The notes beneath the pieces were generated by a model, which was not told the origin of the DNA, ran no database searches, and was given only the letters and a program-made list of their open reading frames with translations. 64,000 nt of DNA, taken from contig CM120641.1 of NCBI GenBank assembly GCA_051362555.1, positions 35,470,401-35,534,400 of the forward strand, given 5' to 3'. The stretch is from Lingula anatina (taxonomy: Eukaryota; Animalia; Brachiopoda). The position numbers and the translations under genes were made by a program. This document shows, piece by piece, positions 26,055 through 39,500 of this stretch (positions within the stretch are counted from its first letter, which is position 1; every line of letters starts with the position of its first letter).

Positions 26055-27884
26055 TTCTCTTTTTTATTATTAACAATAAAACATCATATCTACACAACTG
26101 TCATATTTAAAAAAAAAGAGGAACGGCTGTTCAGTTTTAATGGGCGAAAGCAGCACTGAGAACAATGAGTTATAGGTAAATAATAATGAAATTTAACAAT
26201 ATTAACATTTTCATGGCTTGTTCAAGATGAGTTTATAAACTTAGAGTACTTATACTTAGAGTATATAATGCGTGATATAGTTCTAAATATCAGCGTTGTC
26301 GCTAGATAACCCATTTAGATTATGTTTTTTTTTTTTTTTTTTGTATGACAAAGACCCGTCAACAACAGCCTTCCAAATATAACGCTGACCTATATCAAAA
26401 CTAACAACCGACTTTATTTTCAGGATTTTTTCAATTACGATCTCGTACAAAACATGTTTTTGTCGAATCTTAGTGTCCCAATAAATTATGCCAGAGACGT
26501 CGACGAAAAATTAACGGAATCATTCAATGCAATGTGCCATATCGAACAAAAATAAAATGAAGACAAACTTTTCTCCTTACTGAGACTTGCTTTTCAACGG
26601 CAACATTTTAATTCCCAGTGAAAAAGAAAAATGTAAAAACTCTTAATATCTTACTAGTAATTACAACTTTCTGTGCCACTTGAAAAAGAAATGCCGCCCT
26701 TTATAATGACTTTTTTCTTGTGATTTATCGAAAAAGTCGTTGTAGCGCTTTTCCATTTTACTTTTACATGTCATTTAATTGCTGCCGTAGAAATCAAAAT
26801 ATGTAGACCTATTGTTATAGAAAAAGAGGCTGAGAACAGTTTTTATCGTACAAAAAAGATCGATTAATCCATATTCCCTTCATGTACCAGCATATATCTA
26901 TATATAATCGGTTGTGTATAGACTTTTTAAACAATACAGTAAGTACTAGTGTGGTACACAGTACAGGTTGTGCCGACAGGTTGTACTAGAAGTTTCAAGA
27001 AGAAAATGTAGATAAAGTAGTTGGCAAGTGACAATAAAGAATATGAAGGAACAAGTTGTTTAGTTTTTACCTCGCGTAATCAGTAAGATCAAGTCAATGC
27101 CAACGTGACACTAGCCATCAGTATTCTTTACAAGAAACATTTAGCCATACAGTGTATTTTATTTTGTTACTCACAAACATCATCCCTAAATGTATTTTGA
27201 TAGTATCGGTCATCATTTATCAAAGTTGTCTGGGTAAACTTTATATTGGATATAAGTATATACTCTTTTATGTAGATGTTTTAGTAACTGGGGAAAGAGC
27301 CCTTCTGAAATGTGTCCTTCAGGACCCCCCCCCCCCCCCACCCCCACCCCTTAAATCCGCCACTGCATAGGAGAGTTGACGCTAAATTTGAAAGTTATTT
27401 AAAAGTAATTAAAACCTATGTCCGGCATGTCCATTTCGTGTAATTTTGAAATGCTTATGGACTACTAGTATTTGTAATAACAATAATTTTTTTCATTATG
27501 CATTTACTATTCTTTTAGCCAGCCAAGGTCATGGAGCGAGCGGTCAATAAGCTTTTATTTATCTACCCGATTTAATATTCCCTAGCTCTGCGTGTCAGAC
27601 AGTTGAACTCTTGCGGGTCAAACGAGGTCGCGGCTTATGTCTGCAGTACTTAGCGCTTTGGAAATAGACAATCCGAGTGCATGCATGAAAGAGTAGAACT
27701 TTAGAAATGGGCAGAGACCCTCAGTGGGGAACTGCTAGATGTTATCACGGTAAGAAATTGACTTGGGGCTAAACTGATCGAGAGAAGGGGGGATTCTGAA
27801 GGTTGTGTCATAAAACAAGAGCTACTAATTTGCTATTGATTGGTGGTGTCAATGAACACATACTGTATAACAGATTACATGTAC

Positions 27885-28052
27885 CAGGCCCGTAGCCAGG
27901 GGGGGTTCGGGGGGTTCGAAAGAACCCCCCTTTTTGCTGGAAAAAGGTCCACTCTGGGTAAAATTTGACCTAGGTACATGGGGATTAAATGGTAAAAGGT
28001 CCACTTTTTCAGAAAAAGAACCCCCCCTTTGAAATTTCTGGCTACGGGCCTG
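27885..28052. mobile_element. 168 bp MITE with 15 bp perfect TIRs and an apparent 5 bp target duplication
   Basis: TGTAC-caggcccgtagccag ... ctggctacgggcctg-TGTAC, with internal G/C runs and a repeated aaaaggtccact. Confidence 0.85.
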
Positions 28053-29590
28053 TGTACTGTGTTTGGACTCTACTGTGTTTGGTGTTACACTTAACTCAAA
28101 ATGTCATCCTTTTAACTTTTTTTTTTTGAGTATATTTTGGTTCAGCTTGCTTGTGTTGATTGAACACAGTCAGTTCAATTTTATAGAAATGTAACATGCT
28201 TTACAGGTACATGTAGATCTGCCTCCTGTGGATGACCCGAAACTTGAAGATCGAGGGTGTGATATTCGGGAGATGCATTGAAAAGGGTATATACATTTCC
28301 CCAGGAATTAACTTATTAGCAGGAACTAGACTGTAATAGTATTCCATTATTTAAATGTTCAACCTTATACTTTAACAGGAAGTACACTAATGCTATGCTG
28401 TAAAAATATACATGTATGCCTTATATTGCCCTGAGCAAATAACCTGTTAAATTTTGACCCAAATGCATACACTGTAGCTGCAGTTCCTGTAACAGCTAGG
28501 TTTGTATATGCAATCACCAACATACTTATATATATTATCTCGTGTAGGACTGGAACACGATTAACTTATAGTAAGAATTACTTATTTATATGAGAGCAAT
28601 ATAGGGTTCAAGTACATGTAAGTGTGCATTTAAAGTCAAACATTTGAGAACATGAGAATTAATATTGTTAAAGTCATAAGACCTTAACATATCAAGCATT
28701 ATAACCTAGCGGAATGTAGAAGTATTTGGAGATGTTCTACCATGCAATTATGCTAAGTGGACTTAAATCTCTTTCTCCACAAGCGCTCCACAAGTCCACT
28801 CCCTTTTGTTTCGTTAAAAATTATTAATTGGTGCTGATATTAAACTGGGTGTGTCTACTGCAGGGGATTCAATTAAGTTACTCTAACAAAGGTTAATTTA
28901 TAAAGCCAGGTTATGAAGTTGCCAGCCTTTGAAAACAACAGTGTACCACAAAAATCTGACTCCCCTAAAAGGTGACTCCCCAGCCAGATTTTCATTATGT
29001 CACATAAAATACAATATTTGACACTAGGGAATCCACTGGCTCAATTTGCAATATCAGCCTCTTTCAGGTTGAATGTCAACTGGAATTAGGTGGAAGTTCT
29101 TTATGTGTTCATAATTTTTTATTGCAAATTGAATAGAATTTGAAAATTAGCTGTTTGATTGTTCTTCATGGTTGGACATAAATGGAGGGAATATATCTAA
29201 TCTGGTATATAAGCTAAAATAGAGAGATGTACAGATCAAAAAGTCTGAGACGAGCCATAAAAAAAAACAGGAGTATAGTATAGTATAGTATAGTATAGTA
29301 TAGTAACTACTGAAGAGACTGATACACTTCAGTGAGCACAGTTGGAATGATGCTGTTAACCCAGTGAAGTATATTGAATTATTTGAAAGTAGGTTAAGAA
29401 ACAGATCTTCTACTACTCGAGTATAAAGTGTTTTAGGCATAATTGATAAAACCCCAGTGAAGACGAAAACATTTCCATTCCCTAAATTACTTATGGAGTT
29501 GCCTTTTTTTTCAGATTTCTTTCCATGAACTGAGACATTCAATCTTATTGATTAAGTTCCTGCTCACCAGGCACAGCTAGACCACACTGC

Positions 29591-31919
29591 ATGATGGCAC
29601 TGGGAATCCACTGGCCATCAGCCGCTTATGCAGCCACTTCTTTTGGTGCAGGCATGATAAACCAGGTCTTTTCATTCTACCTGGTTAAGTTCTTCCTGAA
29701 TAGGTATCAAGTCTCCGAGAGCTGGTTCAACACAGCGCAAGCTATCTTCATGGTATGGAATGCCATCAATGATCCACTCTTTGGGTACATCCAAGACCGT
29801 GCGGAATGGCTGAGGAAGCGGAGATATGCAGTCCTCTTTGGAGGGCCATTCTACTGCTTGGCTTTTTTGGTACCCTGGTTTCCATGGGGTAATTACGAAT
29901 CTGGGTCTTGGCTGTGTGGCGCACATTTGCTGTTCAGTCTCTGTCTCTTTGATACTTTATTTACATTTGTACTTTTGGCCCAATGTGCAATTTTCACAGA
30001 GATGTCAGGAAGGCATGATGACCGTCTTCGCCTTATAAGATATGCAAAAATAGCATCTGTTCTGAACTCTGGAACATTGTTTGCTACAAACATGGTATCA
30101 GATAATCTGAATGACATTCCAAGTTTTCAGAAGTTTGCAGTGGTTTTGGCATGCTTGGCGATGGTATGTTTCTATATCACAGGCACATATGCACACACAG
30201 AGTATGAACTACGGCAAGCGGTTGCTGGGAAGCCAGAGAAGTCCCGCCCCGTCAGCCAGTACTCATTTATGCGACAAGCATGGCAGTTACTGACTCAGAA
30301 GAATTTTCTTTGCTTTGTTGCCATGAATTTCTGCCAGGAGTTTCACAGAGCCTTCATGAATGGCTTCACTGCTATCATCACTGATACACTGTTCTCACCA
30401 GAGGTTTTACCCACATTCCACAAAAGTGTATTTTACAGTATGAGAAATGTGCTCACTCCGGTAAGTTGACCTTATATAATAGGCATACAATGTGTATTAC
30501 ACTTTTATACGGCTAAAATTTTATTTGATTAGAAATATATCAACAATTTTCCCTTAATCACCAACTGGAGGTTATAATTTCTGTTGAGAATTAAGTAACA
30601 ATCAGTAAACATAATTTTGAGGTCTCAATTTCTATTTTGAACTGTTTTGAATAAAATTATCCTGTAAAAGAGGTTAGGCAATACGAGATCGTAATATGAT
30701 AGCCTATAATTTACTAGTATCTATTAATCTATAATAATTATTATCATTTATTTGTTTATTTATTTATTTTTTTTTTATTTTTGAAATGGTTGCACCCCTT
30801 GGTCACTGAAGAACATTTTGGATATTCATTCCATATAACTTGCAAGTATTATTAGAAAACATATGTAATTTCATGACACTGATACTGGCTGAAAGCTGAA
30901 TTTTTCCTCTCTGTTGAAGTCATCATGTTTTTAGCAAGATTTATTTCCAGTTGCTCGTGGTATCTGGTACCTTCCTGGTCAGTAAGTATGGAGCCTTCGC
31001 CATGATCAGGAGCAACTTCATTATCAAAATCTTCTCATCTGTGATCATGCTTCTTATTGGAAGAAACCAACCCCTGCTGTTGATACTCTTCATGACAGTG
31101 GACTTGTGAGTTTGAATGCATGACTGTTAGATCTCTCTCTCTCTCTCTCTCTCAGTAATACAAGGATAATTTGAGTACTTTTGAGCAAGTACTAATTAAT
31201 CTTACAATTTTTTGATATTCAGGCATGACCCCCCCCCCCCAAAAAAGGGGGGAATAACATTGTAATTTTATCAGTAAAATGGTTTACTTTCAGCTGTGCC
31301 ACGAATGCAGCATTTGCGCTGTCCAACATTCCTCTGTCAGATATTGCAGATGCTGACAAGAAATTATATTCAAGACCGTAAGTGTTAAAAATTAAAAATT
31401 GTTTTTCTTAATTTAAATCAATCAACACCTTGAAAGTAGTGGACAGATGATATAAATTTGGTTTCACCAAACTTTCTAAAAAAATGAAAGAAAAAAAAAT
31501 AAAAGAATGAGAAAGAAGAATGAAAGAAAGAAGAAGAAAAAAAAATCAAGCAAGTGCAGGTGTAGCAAGCAGACCCTTTTTATACAATATCATAAAAATA
31601 ATTTCAAATTCATTCCAGGCATCCTATTTCTACATCTGTGTATGGGACCAATGCTCTGGTTGTCAAACCAGCCATTTCTGTGTCCCCCATGATAGTAGTG
31701 ACCATACTTAACAGGTACGGCTATGAGCAATACAAACTTGGTCAACTTGCGGATGGCCTGTTGCTGGACAGTTTACAGGGAACCATGTTTTATTTGCTGT
31801 GCTTTATTCCCCTGGTTGTAGGGTCTATACAGCTGGCGATATGGTCACAGTTTACTCTGAGGAGCAGCCACAAAGTTTCCCATGAAGATACAGACACTGA
31901 GAGGGTCATGTACTCCTAG
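29591..31919 (+). CDS. MFSD13A: MFS transporter MFSD13A/TMEM180-like, 469 aa, four coding exons
   Basis: Exons 29591-30460, 30951-31105, 31294-31377 and 31619-31919 total 1410 nt. Motifs include WNAINDPLFG, FLVPWFPW, LCLFDTLFTFVLL and GTNALVVKPA. Confidence 0.88.
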
Positions 31920-32598
31920 TGGCTAGATGTAGTGTGAAGGGCATGGTGGCAATTTTGAAATTAATATAGGATGCTTTGTGATTGCTTAGAATTCAATGAC
32001 TAAAGGGTTACTATTTTTTTTTAACATTAAATCTTCATTAAAAGTGAAAAAAACTGTGATCACACAAGAAGGCTGATAATGGTACGAGTTGGCTATAAAT
32101 ATCCAAGTTGTTAAATTTTGACAAAAAAAAAAAAAAAAAAAATTGGTGTTGTTGGGTAGTCATTGCATATCCCTGGATGCACTTCCCCATATTGTAAAGA
32201 GTAGCTTACCCTCGGGCACCCCGTCCCATAGTTATCAAAGATAATGCTTGGGTTGCAGATGTATATGTAATTATTGCAAATAATCTTCCTTATAACAGCA
32301 TAAAAAAGTTAACATGAAAAAGTGCTTTTTAATGTTAAATGCATTAAAATGTAAAAGAGAATCATCCCTCCAAGGAAACCCTAACCTCCAGTTGCACTAA
32401 AGCTCTGACAGGTCCATGTGCATTCCCCATGACAATAACCAAAGTTGGAACTTCCTCATTAATAGGTGAGGAGTGCAAGGATAATAAATAAATAAAACAG
32501 GACTTTGAGAAGAGTCTGTATATTCATCACAGCATTTTGGTGGAACTTTCATTGGATGTTTTATCAATAATTATGAAAATGGTATTTACTTAAACTTA

Positions 32599-33132
32599 GA
32601 GCGCATTCTCAACGAATTAAGCCAGGCTTTACAAAGCCGGTGACCTAAAAATGGCGGACGTACATGAAAGAAAAACCGCCTAATCTTTTAATAGTCTCTC
32701 CGCCTCCCCACACGTCGTCCCTGCGGGGTACAGTAATTAAATCTCGGCTCCGTTCGCCATGCGGAAGCTACCTGAGAAATATTAAGTGCGCATGCTCATC
32801 AGTTAAACTCGTGGTGAAGAAAGCATGGCGGCTGAAGGCGATCGAAGGAAAAAAGCTCTTCTCTTCTATTATCTTTGAAAACAGAGACGAAAAAGGAATA
32901 GAGCAGCAATGATTCGACTATCTACGGAGATAATATCACCAGAGATATTCACGGAAATATTAATGTTCGGAGCCGAGATTTAATTACTGTACCCCGCAGG
33001 GACGACGTGTGGGGAGGCGTGTGAGAGGCGGAGAGACTATTAAAAGATTAGGCGGTTTTTCTTTCATGTACGTCCGCCATTTTTAGGTCACCGGCTTTGT
33101 AAAGCCTGGCTTAATTCGTTGAGAATGCGCTC
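32599..33132. mobile_element. 534 bp foldback MITE (Harbinger-type) with ~155 bp near-perfect TIRs and a TTA target duplication
   Basis: TTA-gagcgcattctcaacgaattaagcc...ggcttaattcgttgagaatgcgctc-TTA. The arms differ mainly by a ~12 bp indel. Confidence 0.92.
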
Positions 33133-33338
33133 TTATATTTGTTGTCTTTTTAATTCACTCAACTTGGAAAATAATTTTAATACAAGTATTTGTGAAAGGT
33201 CCTTTGCTTTGTTCAGGAATTCAGGTTATTCTGAAACCTGTCTCTTATATCTTAAAAATGAATTTTGTTTCAGCTTTTCTTGCTAGTAATTGCTTTTTTC
33301 CTTGGTGGAGTTCTGTGCTCTTGGTAATTATCCTAATT

Positions 33339-33578
33339 TACAAATATTAATTCTGGCTAGTGTGTCAGGTCAGCACTGTCCCTTCATACAAATATAAATT
33401 CTGGCTAGTGTGTCAGGTCAGCACTGTCCCTTCATACAAATATTAATTCTGGCTAGTGTGTCAGGTCAGCACTGTCCCTTCATACAAATATAAATTCTGG
33501 CTAGTGTGTCAGGTCAGCACTGTCCCTTCATACAAATATTAATTCTGGCTAGTGTGTCAGGTCAGCACTGTCCCTTCA
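33339..33578. repeat. 48 bp x 5 tandem repeat overlapping the NUP85 stop codon
   Basis: tacaaatat(t/a)aattctggctagtgtgtcaggtcagcactgtcccttca at 33339, 33387, 33435, 33483 and 33531. Confidence 0.97.
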
Positions 33579-36500
33579 TGTACTATAGCCCGGGCAAGGT
33601 TCCTAGTCAGTGCCAGTTTGATCAAACTCGTCTTTTCCAACTCTGCATCAGAAAACCCCTAAATAAAAAGGATAATATAAGTAAATACAAGTAATAATGC
33701 ATAAAATATTTACAAAATGAGAAGAACTAAATGGTGAATTAATTTGAGATTCAAAGCATGTTCTCGAAATAAATCCATTGAGAGTGATATCAATTCATCC
33801 ACACCACAACATTTTCAAGGTGAGAAAACTCTGCATGCTGTTTTTAAGAAATCACATTATGGACCTTTTTGTTTCTCGATGCATTACTGCAGGTCTCGAA
33901 TGCTCACCTTGTGATCACCCATTAGTTGGTCTGTTTTCTCTTCTACTTCCAATTTTTCAGCCAAACTTAACTCTTCCAAGCAGTGCATTAATTCATAGGT
34001 CTGTTGACTAGTGAAGACAACCTGAATATACAAATTATTGCATCAATAGGAGGACACTTTTTTACATATAGGGCACAGACCACTTGCACAATACAGGTAT
34101 GAGTAAGCGAATAAATAAATAAAATAAATAATAACATCTTTTTAAAAATACAGCATCACTTTCATCAAACAAATATTTCAAAAGAATTTTTAAATATATT
34201 CTTTTAATAAGTGAAGTAGAAACTATATCCAACATTAGCATTACCTCGTCTGCTTCTAACAGTGGCAATGCATCAGTGAGGAGTGTCAGCCAAAATCTAG
34301 AAAATAAGATTTCAATACCAAAGACTTGAGTTGTGACTCATAGGTGGGAATACATTAGCAAGGGTGAAAGTTGTAAAAACTGAAATTCCTGAAAACATAG
34401 CTTGCAATGCCTCATTACAATTAGACCACATGAAAAAAAACTTCATGAAGACTGAAAATCCTGAAATCGGGCATAATCCTGAAAACTTTCACCCATGCAT
34501 TAGTAATTAAAAATGCTAATATAAATTACAATTTCTTAACCTATTTTCCTTTGTTTTTTTTTTCATTTGCCAATTCATTTGAAATATAAACCAGTTGCAT
34601 TTTTTAATTGTGACGACAGGAATCGTACAGAAAGGTTCGTCTACTATCTTACTTTTTTGGTGCAAGTCTTGCAGTCAGTAGAGACAGCAGGAGTGAAGTT
34701 GCTGCTTCAAAGTCCCCATCTTCATATAACTTGTGAAATTCTCGATATTTTCCTGTAGTTATAGTTTTAGATTATACAGTGTAAGGAGTGAATTTCACAA
34801 TAGTTATCAGATTAAAAATCTGTGACATATGTAACAACTAATTTCATTAAAACATTTATTTCAATAACTAACTGTTACAATAATAATAATGCAATGGAAA
34901 AACAAAGCCTTGAGAATGCCAAAACAATTTCATTTTTGGTTCATGTTATTTACTTTTTTAAAAACAAATTCTTAAAATATTTAAAATACTTCTAAATTAA
35001 TTTGTTTCACTTTGGAATCTGTCCTCTTAATAAGAAAGATATGAACTTTACCAAGGAATGTTAGTCTGTCACTTAAGAGCATGGCTTGTCCCAGGTTATC
35101 TAGAAGGTCAAGGTTACTGAAGTCGCCTGTTGCCCTGTACCTGGTGAGAAACCTGAAAATTCACATAATTAAAGAGAAGTGTTAAATCGTCACCCGATTG
35201 CAAAGCAAAATTAATCCCATGTAAAACTTTGGCATTTAAATGCTCAGTATTTTATGTCGAGTCCAAACCAGATTCGTAGAATACCTGCACAGATTCGATG
35301 CACATCAAACAGATTTTATTCATTATTTCTTAGAAGGCTTCAAGTAGTTAGTAACTGAAGTAGCTTTAATCACATATGGTGTATTGATATAGAAATGTGA
35401 TACAAAATGAAATACCAAAAAAAAAAAAAAAAAAATGTATACACACGTAAAAACAAAATAATGACGACATTCCAGTGCAATAGTATAATGATCATGGTAT
35501 TAACTATAACGCAATTAATGATTCTCAACAAATTGACATCCCATTCAACAACTCCGAGTAACTTGTTGTCAAGATTAAAATACAGGCTTACTGTTCAGCA
35601 AGGTAGGTGGCAAAAGTGACATCCTTGGACTTGAGGCACCAAGACAAGGCTGATCCCAGTCTGTCATTGTGCAGTGCCTTCATTCCCATCACTTTACAAA
35701 TACTGTTAGCTAAAACATAAAAACAAAAGAAGTTGAAATACTGTTTTAACCAATGTTTTATTTCATTATGTTTAATGTAAGTGTGGATAATATGTGCCTA
35801 AAGTCCAGGATTTTTGTGTTAAGTCTCAAGGAGGTTTAGCAGAGTTAAAGATAATACAGTTACTGAAAATTAGTTTGGCATGCTTTAACTTTGCTACCTC
35901 TTTGATTTCATGTGTGATATTCTCTCTATTTAACAACATTAATATTTAATCCATATCAGTAAATTTCTTACTCATCAGTTACATCATGCTTTTCCAAAAA
36001 CAAAACTGTTCTTTGTTCATTTGTGTATGCTGGATATGAATTACAGCAGTTTGACCATTTCATTTCAGAGGTGTATTTAGTTTTTTTATGTAACACACAG
36101 CTGTTTTATTTTTTTTCTTAACATCAAAGAAAAACTTGCGTGAAATAATTTAAACAATTTAAATCTTTCAACACAGAAGAACACCAATAAAGTGTGAAAA
36201 CCTCTGCATTACATTAATGATGTTACTATACCTTGGTCATGCATGTCCCTTTGTTCACATATACGAAGTACTTTATGAGCTTTCCTTTCTGAACTAAGTG
36301 GAATATGTTCAATGTACTGCTCTAAATATTGCCTGAAATTAATTAATTTATTCAATCAAAGAATTTTAAAAGATCAAAGAAATTTAATCAAATATTATAT
36401 ATATATATATAAAGGTCAAAGGTCAAATAACTTATGTAAGTCAACAGACTGAACAAAACACAAAGCTTGGTTTATAAACTTTAAGTTAGCAACGAATGGG

Positions 36501-39500
36501 AAATGCAATAAATGACAGACAAACTGGATAAAAAAAACATCTGTGACAAAACACTGCCAGTATTCCTACTGACCCTGTTAATTGTATGCTTCCTTACCTT
36601 CCAAACTCTGGACAGTGATCAAGATAGGGAATTCCAACCTGCCAGAGACTGAAATGAAAATTAAAAACATGTGGGTTGAAAAATGCCTCTTTAATTGTTT
36701 AGCTCTGTGAAAGTTTACTATTAAGAACTAATTATGAATTTATTAACATAATACATGAATAAATTATGAAAATGATATAATGAACTCCTTTGGCAAAATA
36801 CCAGGCCTGTTGCAAATCCACAGTGAATTTGCAGCAAATTTACTGCAGTGTGGCTGCAATAAAAATTTTCTTGCATACTCCTGCAAACTTGTAAGTTGTT
36901 GCTACAACCTTTTAGTGTGAAGCAATATTGCTGCAATTTTGTTGCAATATGCAATTTAATAATGCAAAAAAAAAAAAAGCGAAATTTAAAGACTGATTGA
37001 AATAAGTAGTAAAACAAGCTACTGAGATGAAGGCAGAGCACCAACCTTTCATGTGACATCAGACCAGAGGCATATTCCAGCAATAAATACTCCCTCAAGT
37101 TTGACCCAAAGCTAGAAAATAACATAATTTAACTGTATCTTTAACATTTTTTCACAGCTACACAATATATAATCAGGAATAGAAAGAGAGAATCATTAAA
37201 ACAGCCAGTTGACAATTGTCATATATCATAACAAGGGCATATGACTGTTGGTACCCGTAAAACAAAAGTTGACAATGTGTTATTTTAATTTTTCTGTTGT
37301 TTGAGGTTTTGCAGTCTTATGGACTTGAGCTAGTGTTTGTAACTGTGCACTGAAACACAAAGGTTAGAAGCCACTGGGTTATTTGTGACATTCATTGTAC
37401 ATTAAGTTTGATATAATAGCAGGAGGGCATATAAAGCTTGACACTGTGCTTGTTATGATATATACTAAACTCAGTATGGGGCAAGTCACGGGCACCACAC
37501 CAAATGCCTGCAAAACTGAAGAAGGGCCATTAATTATCAATTTAATCAGTTACTAGGCCTTATTTCTGTTTTGGGCTAGTAGATTCTTACATCCTGGTGT
37601 CTCCAAGGATCAACAAGCTAATGATTTTGGCACAGACTGGAGTTGGATAATATAGGTTACTCACTTGAGTTTATGTGCCTCCAGCTGTCCACAGTGATGC
37701 AGAAGGTCAGTGAGATGAGACACAAACCACCAGTTGCTTAAATAAGAACTGAAATCAAACCAAAGACAACATCAATATATTAAGAGCCTTCTGATAAGAC
37801 CAAAGTGCATCAATTCCAATCTAATCTCAAGCATCCCCTTACAAACAGACATTGCCTCACCATAAAGGTTGCTGGTGTGACAGGAATGGAAGCTAAGGCA
37901 CTAGGAACCTTAGTCTTTTCTCCCATTACTTTGTACAGGTGACATTTGTCCCATAAGCTAATCCCAGTAATCCGCCTACCCTAACCTGTACTAATCATAT
38001 GGGACCCCAAACTTCCATTCCTAGGACTACCATTCTGGTACTTATCTACAGATATAAAAGCTGTAAGCTCCAAACCTGCTTTCTTTGATGACCTGGTGGA
38101 TGTCAAACTCTATGGCAGCCAGCAGGATATTCTCCAAGGGATCCACTTTGCTGTTGCCCCCATAGGCATCAATACAGGACTGAAATACACAGCATTACAT
38201 CATGGAATTGAAAATGTCTAGAAATGAATTGGTTTTCAACAGGCATGATACTTATTAAGATACAGATTAAGAAGTATAAATTTCTGGTGGAAGTTAAGTT
38301 GAAAACCAATCTTCTACCAAATAAATGCAATTATTGCCTCCACTGACCAAGGAGATATATTTTCCTCTGGATTGGTTTGTTTTGATGAAACCTTCAGTAT
38401 AGAGTTATTTTAGAGGGAAATAATCAACAATTTCAACTGAATCCGGGTATCCAAATATTTAAATAAAAAATTCTGATATTATGCAATACATTAAAACACT
38501 TAATGGTACATCAAATTAATGCGATGAGGAAATTCAAACCTTTCACAGTATTCCTTACCTGTGTGTGATATTGGAGATCAAATGCCTTTACAGTCGGGTT
38601 CTGGTAGAGAAGCTTGGAGACCATCATGTGATACCAGCACTCACAGAGGTCTTTTAGCTGTATAAATACTTGGTCATCCCCGATTAGAATCTGGTTAAAT
38701 AGAGAGAACAATAAAAAGTTTGAAATTATTTAAACAGTGAAAGAATTCAAGGAATAAATACTCCGCGTGAAGTATTTCACCCCTCATGTAGTTTACATAA
38801 TTTTATGCTGTACCACAAAGGTACTCATATTTTAACATAAACAAATGTCAAGTACAGCCAGCCTCTGTGTTAGTGTCTAAATAACTTAATTAATCCTAAA
38901 AGTAATACTTAGTAATTACTATATCGTGCCTTACACATATTAATATATTTCTCATTGAAGATAAATATGGACACCCACATGATGGTGTTCAAAATGTGTA
39001 TAATTTCTACTTAAAATACAATTATCTTGCCTGGGTTATGAAATGTTACTGAACACTAATAAATTTTGATTACAGAAAATATTTAAAGGGTCTACATACA
39101 TAAAACACCCTTTTTAGTTAAAGACTCCAATCAAATCTTGATAACCACATGACATCCCAGTACCCACCTTGCAAATGGTTTCCAAATTTTTATGGTTTCT
39201 GAATTCACCGTCTTCCAACCTTCTGACACTTTCTTCTTGCCAGTGTCTCCACTTCATGTCAAACTCTGCTGTGGACTGTCCAGTAAAGTACTAAAAACAA
39301 TACAAGTGTTTTGAAATTTCATGTTTAAAGTGTATAGAGAGATATTCCTGATCTCACTGTCAGAAATATTTGGGCATCTTTCAACCTAAAGATCCACCTT
39401 TTCTATTAGAATAAAACAATCTCTAACGTTCTTCTCACAAATGTTTTGACAAATGATCTAATCATATTCTACACCTATGTTATCAATACATTTCACATGT

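Noticed and set aside
33339-33578. CRISPR array or selenocysteine readthrough repeat
   Set aside because: There are no spacers. An in-frame TAA follows five codons after the first TGA, and I see no SECIS I can support.
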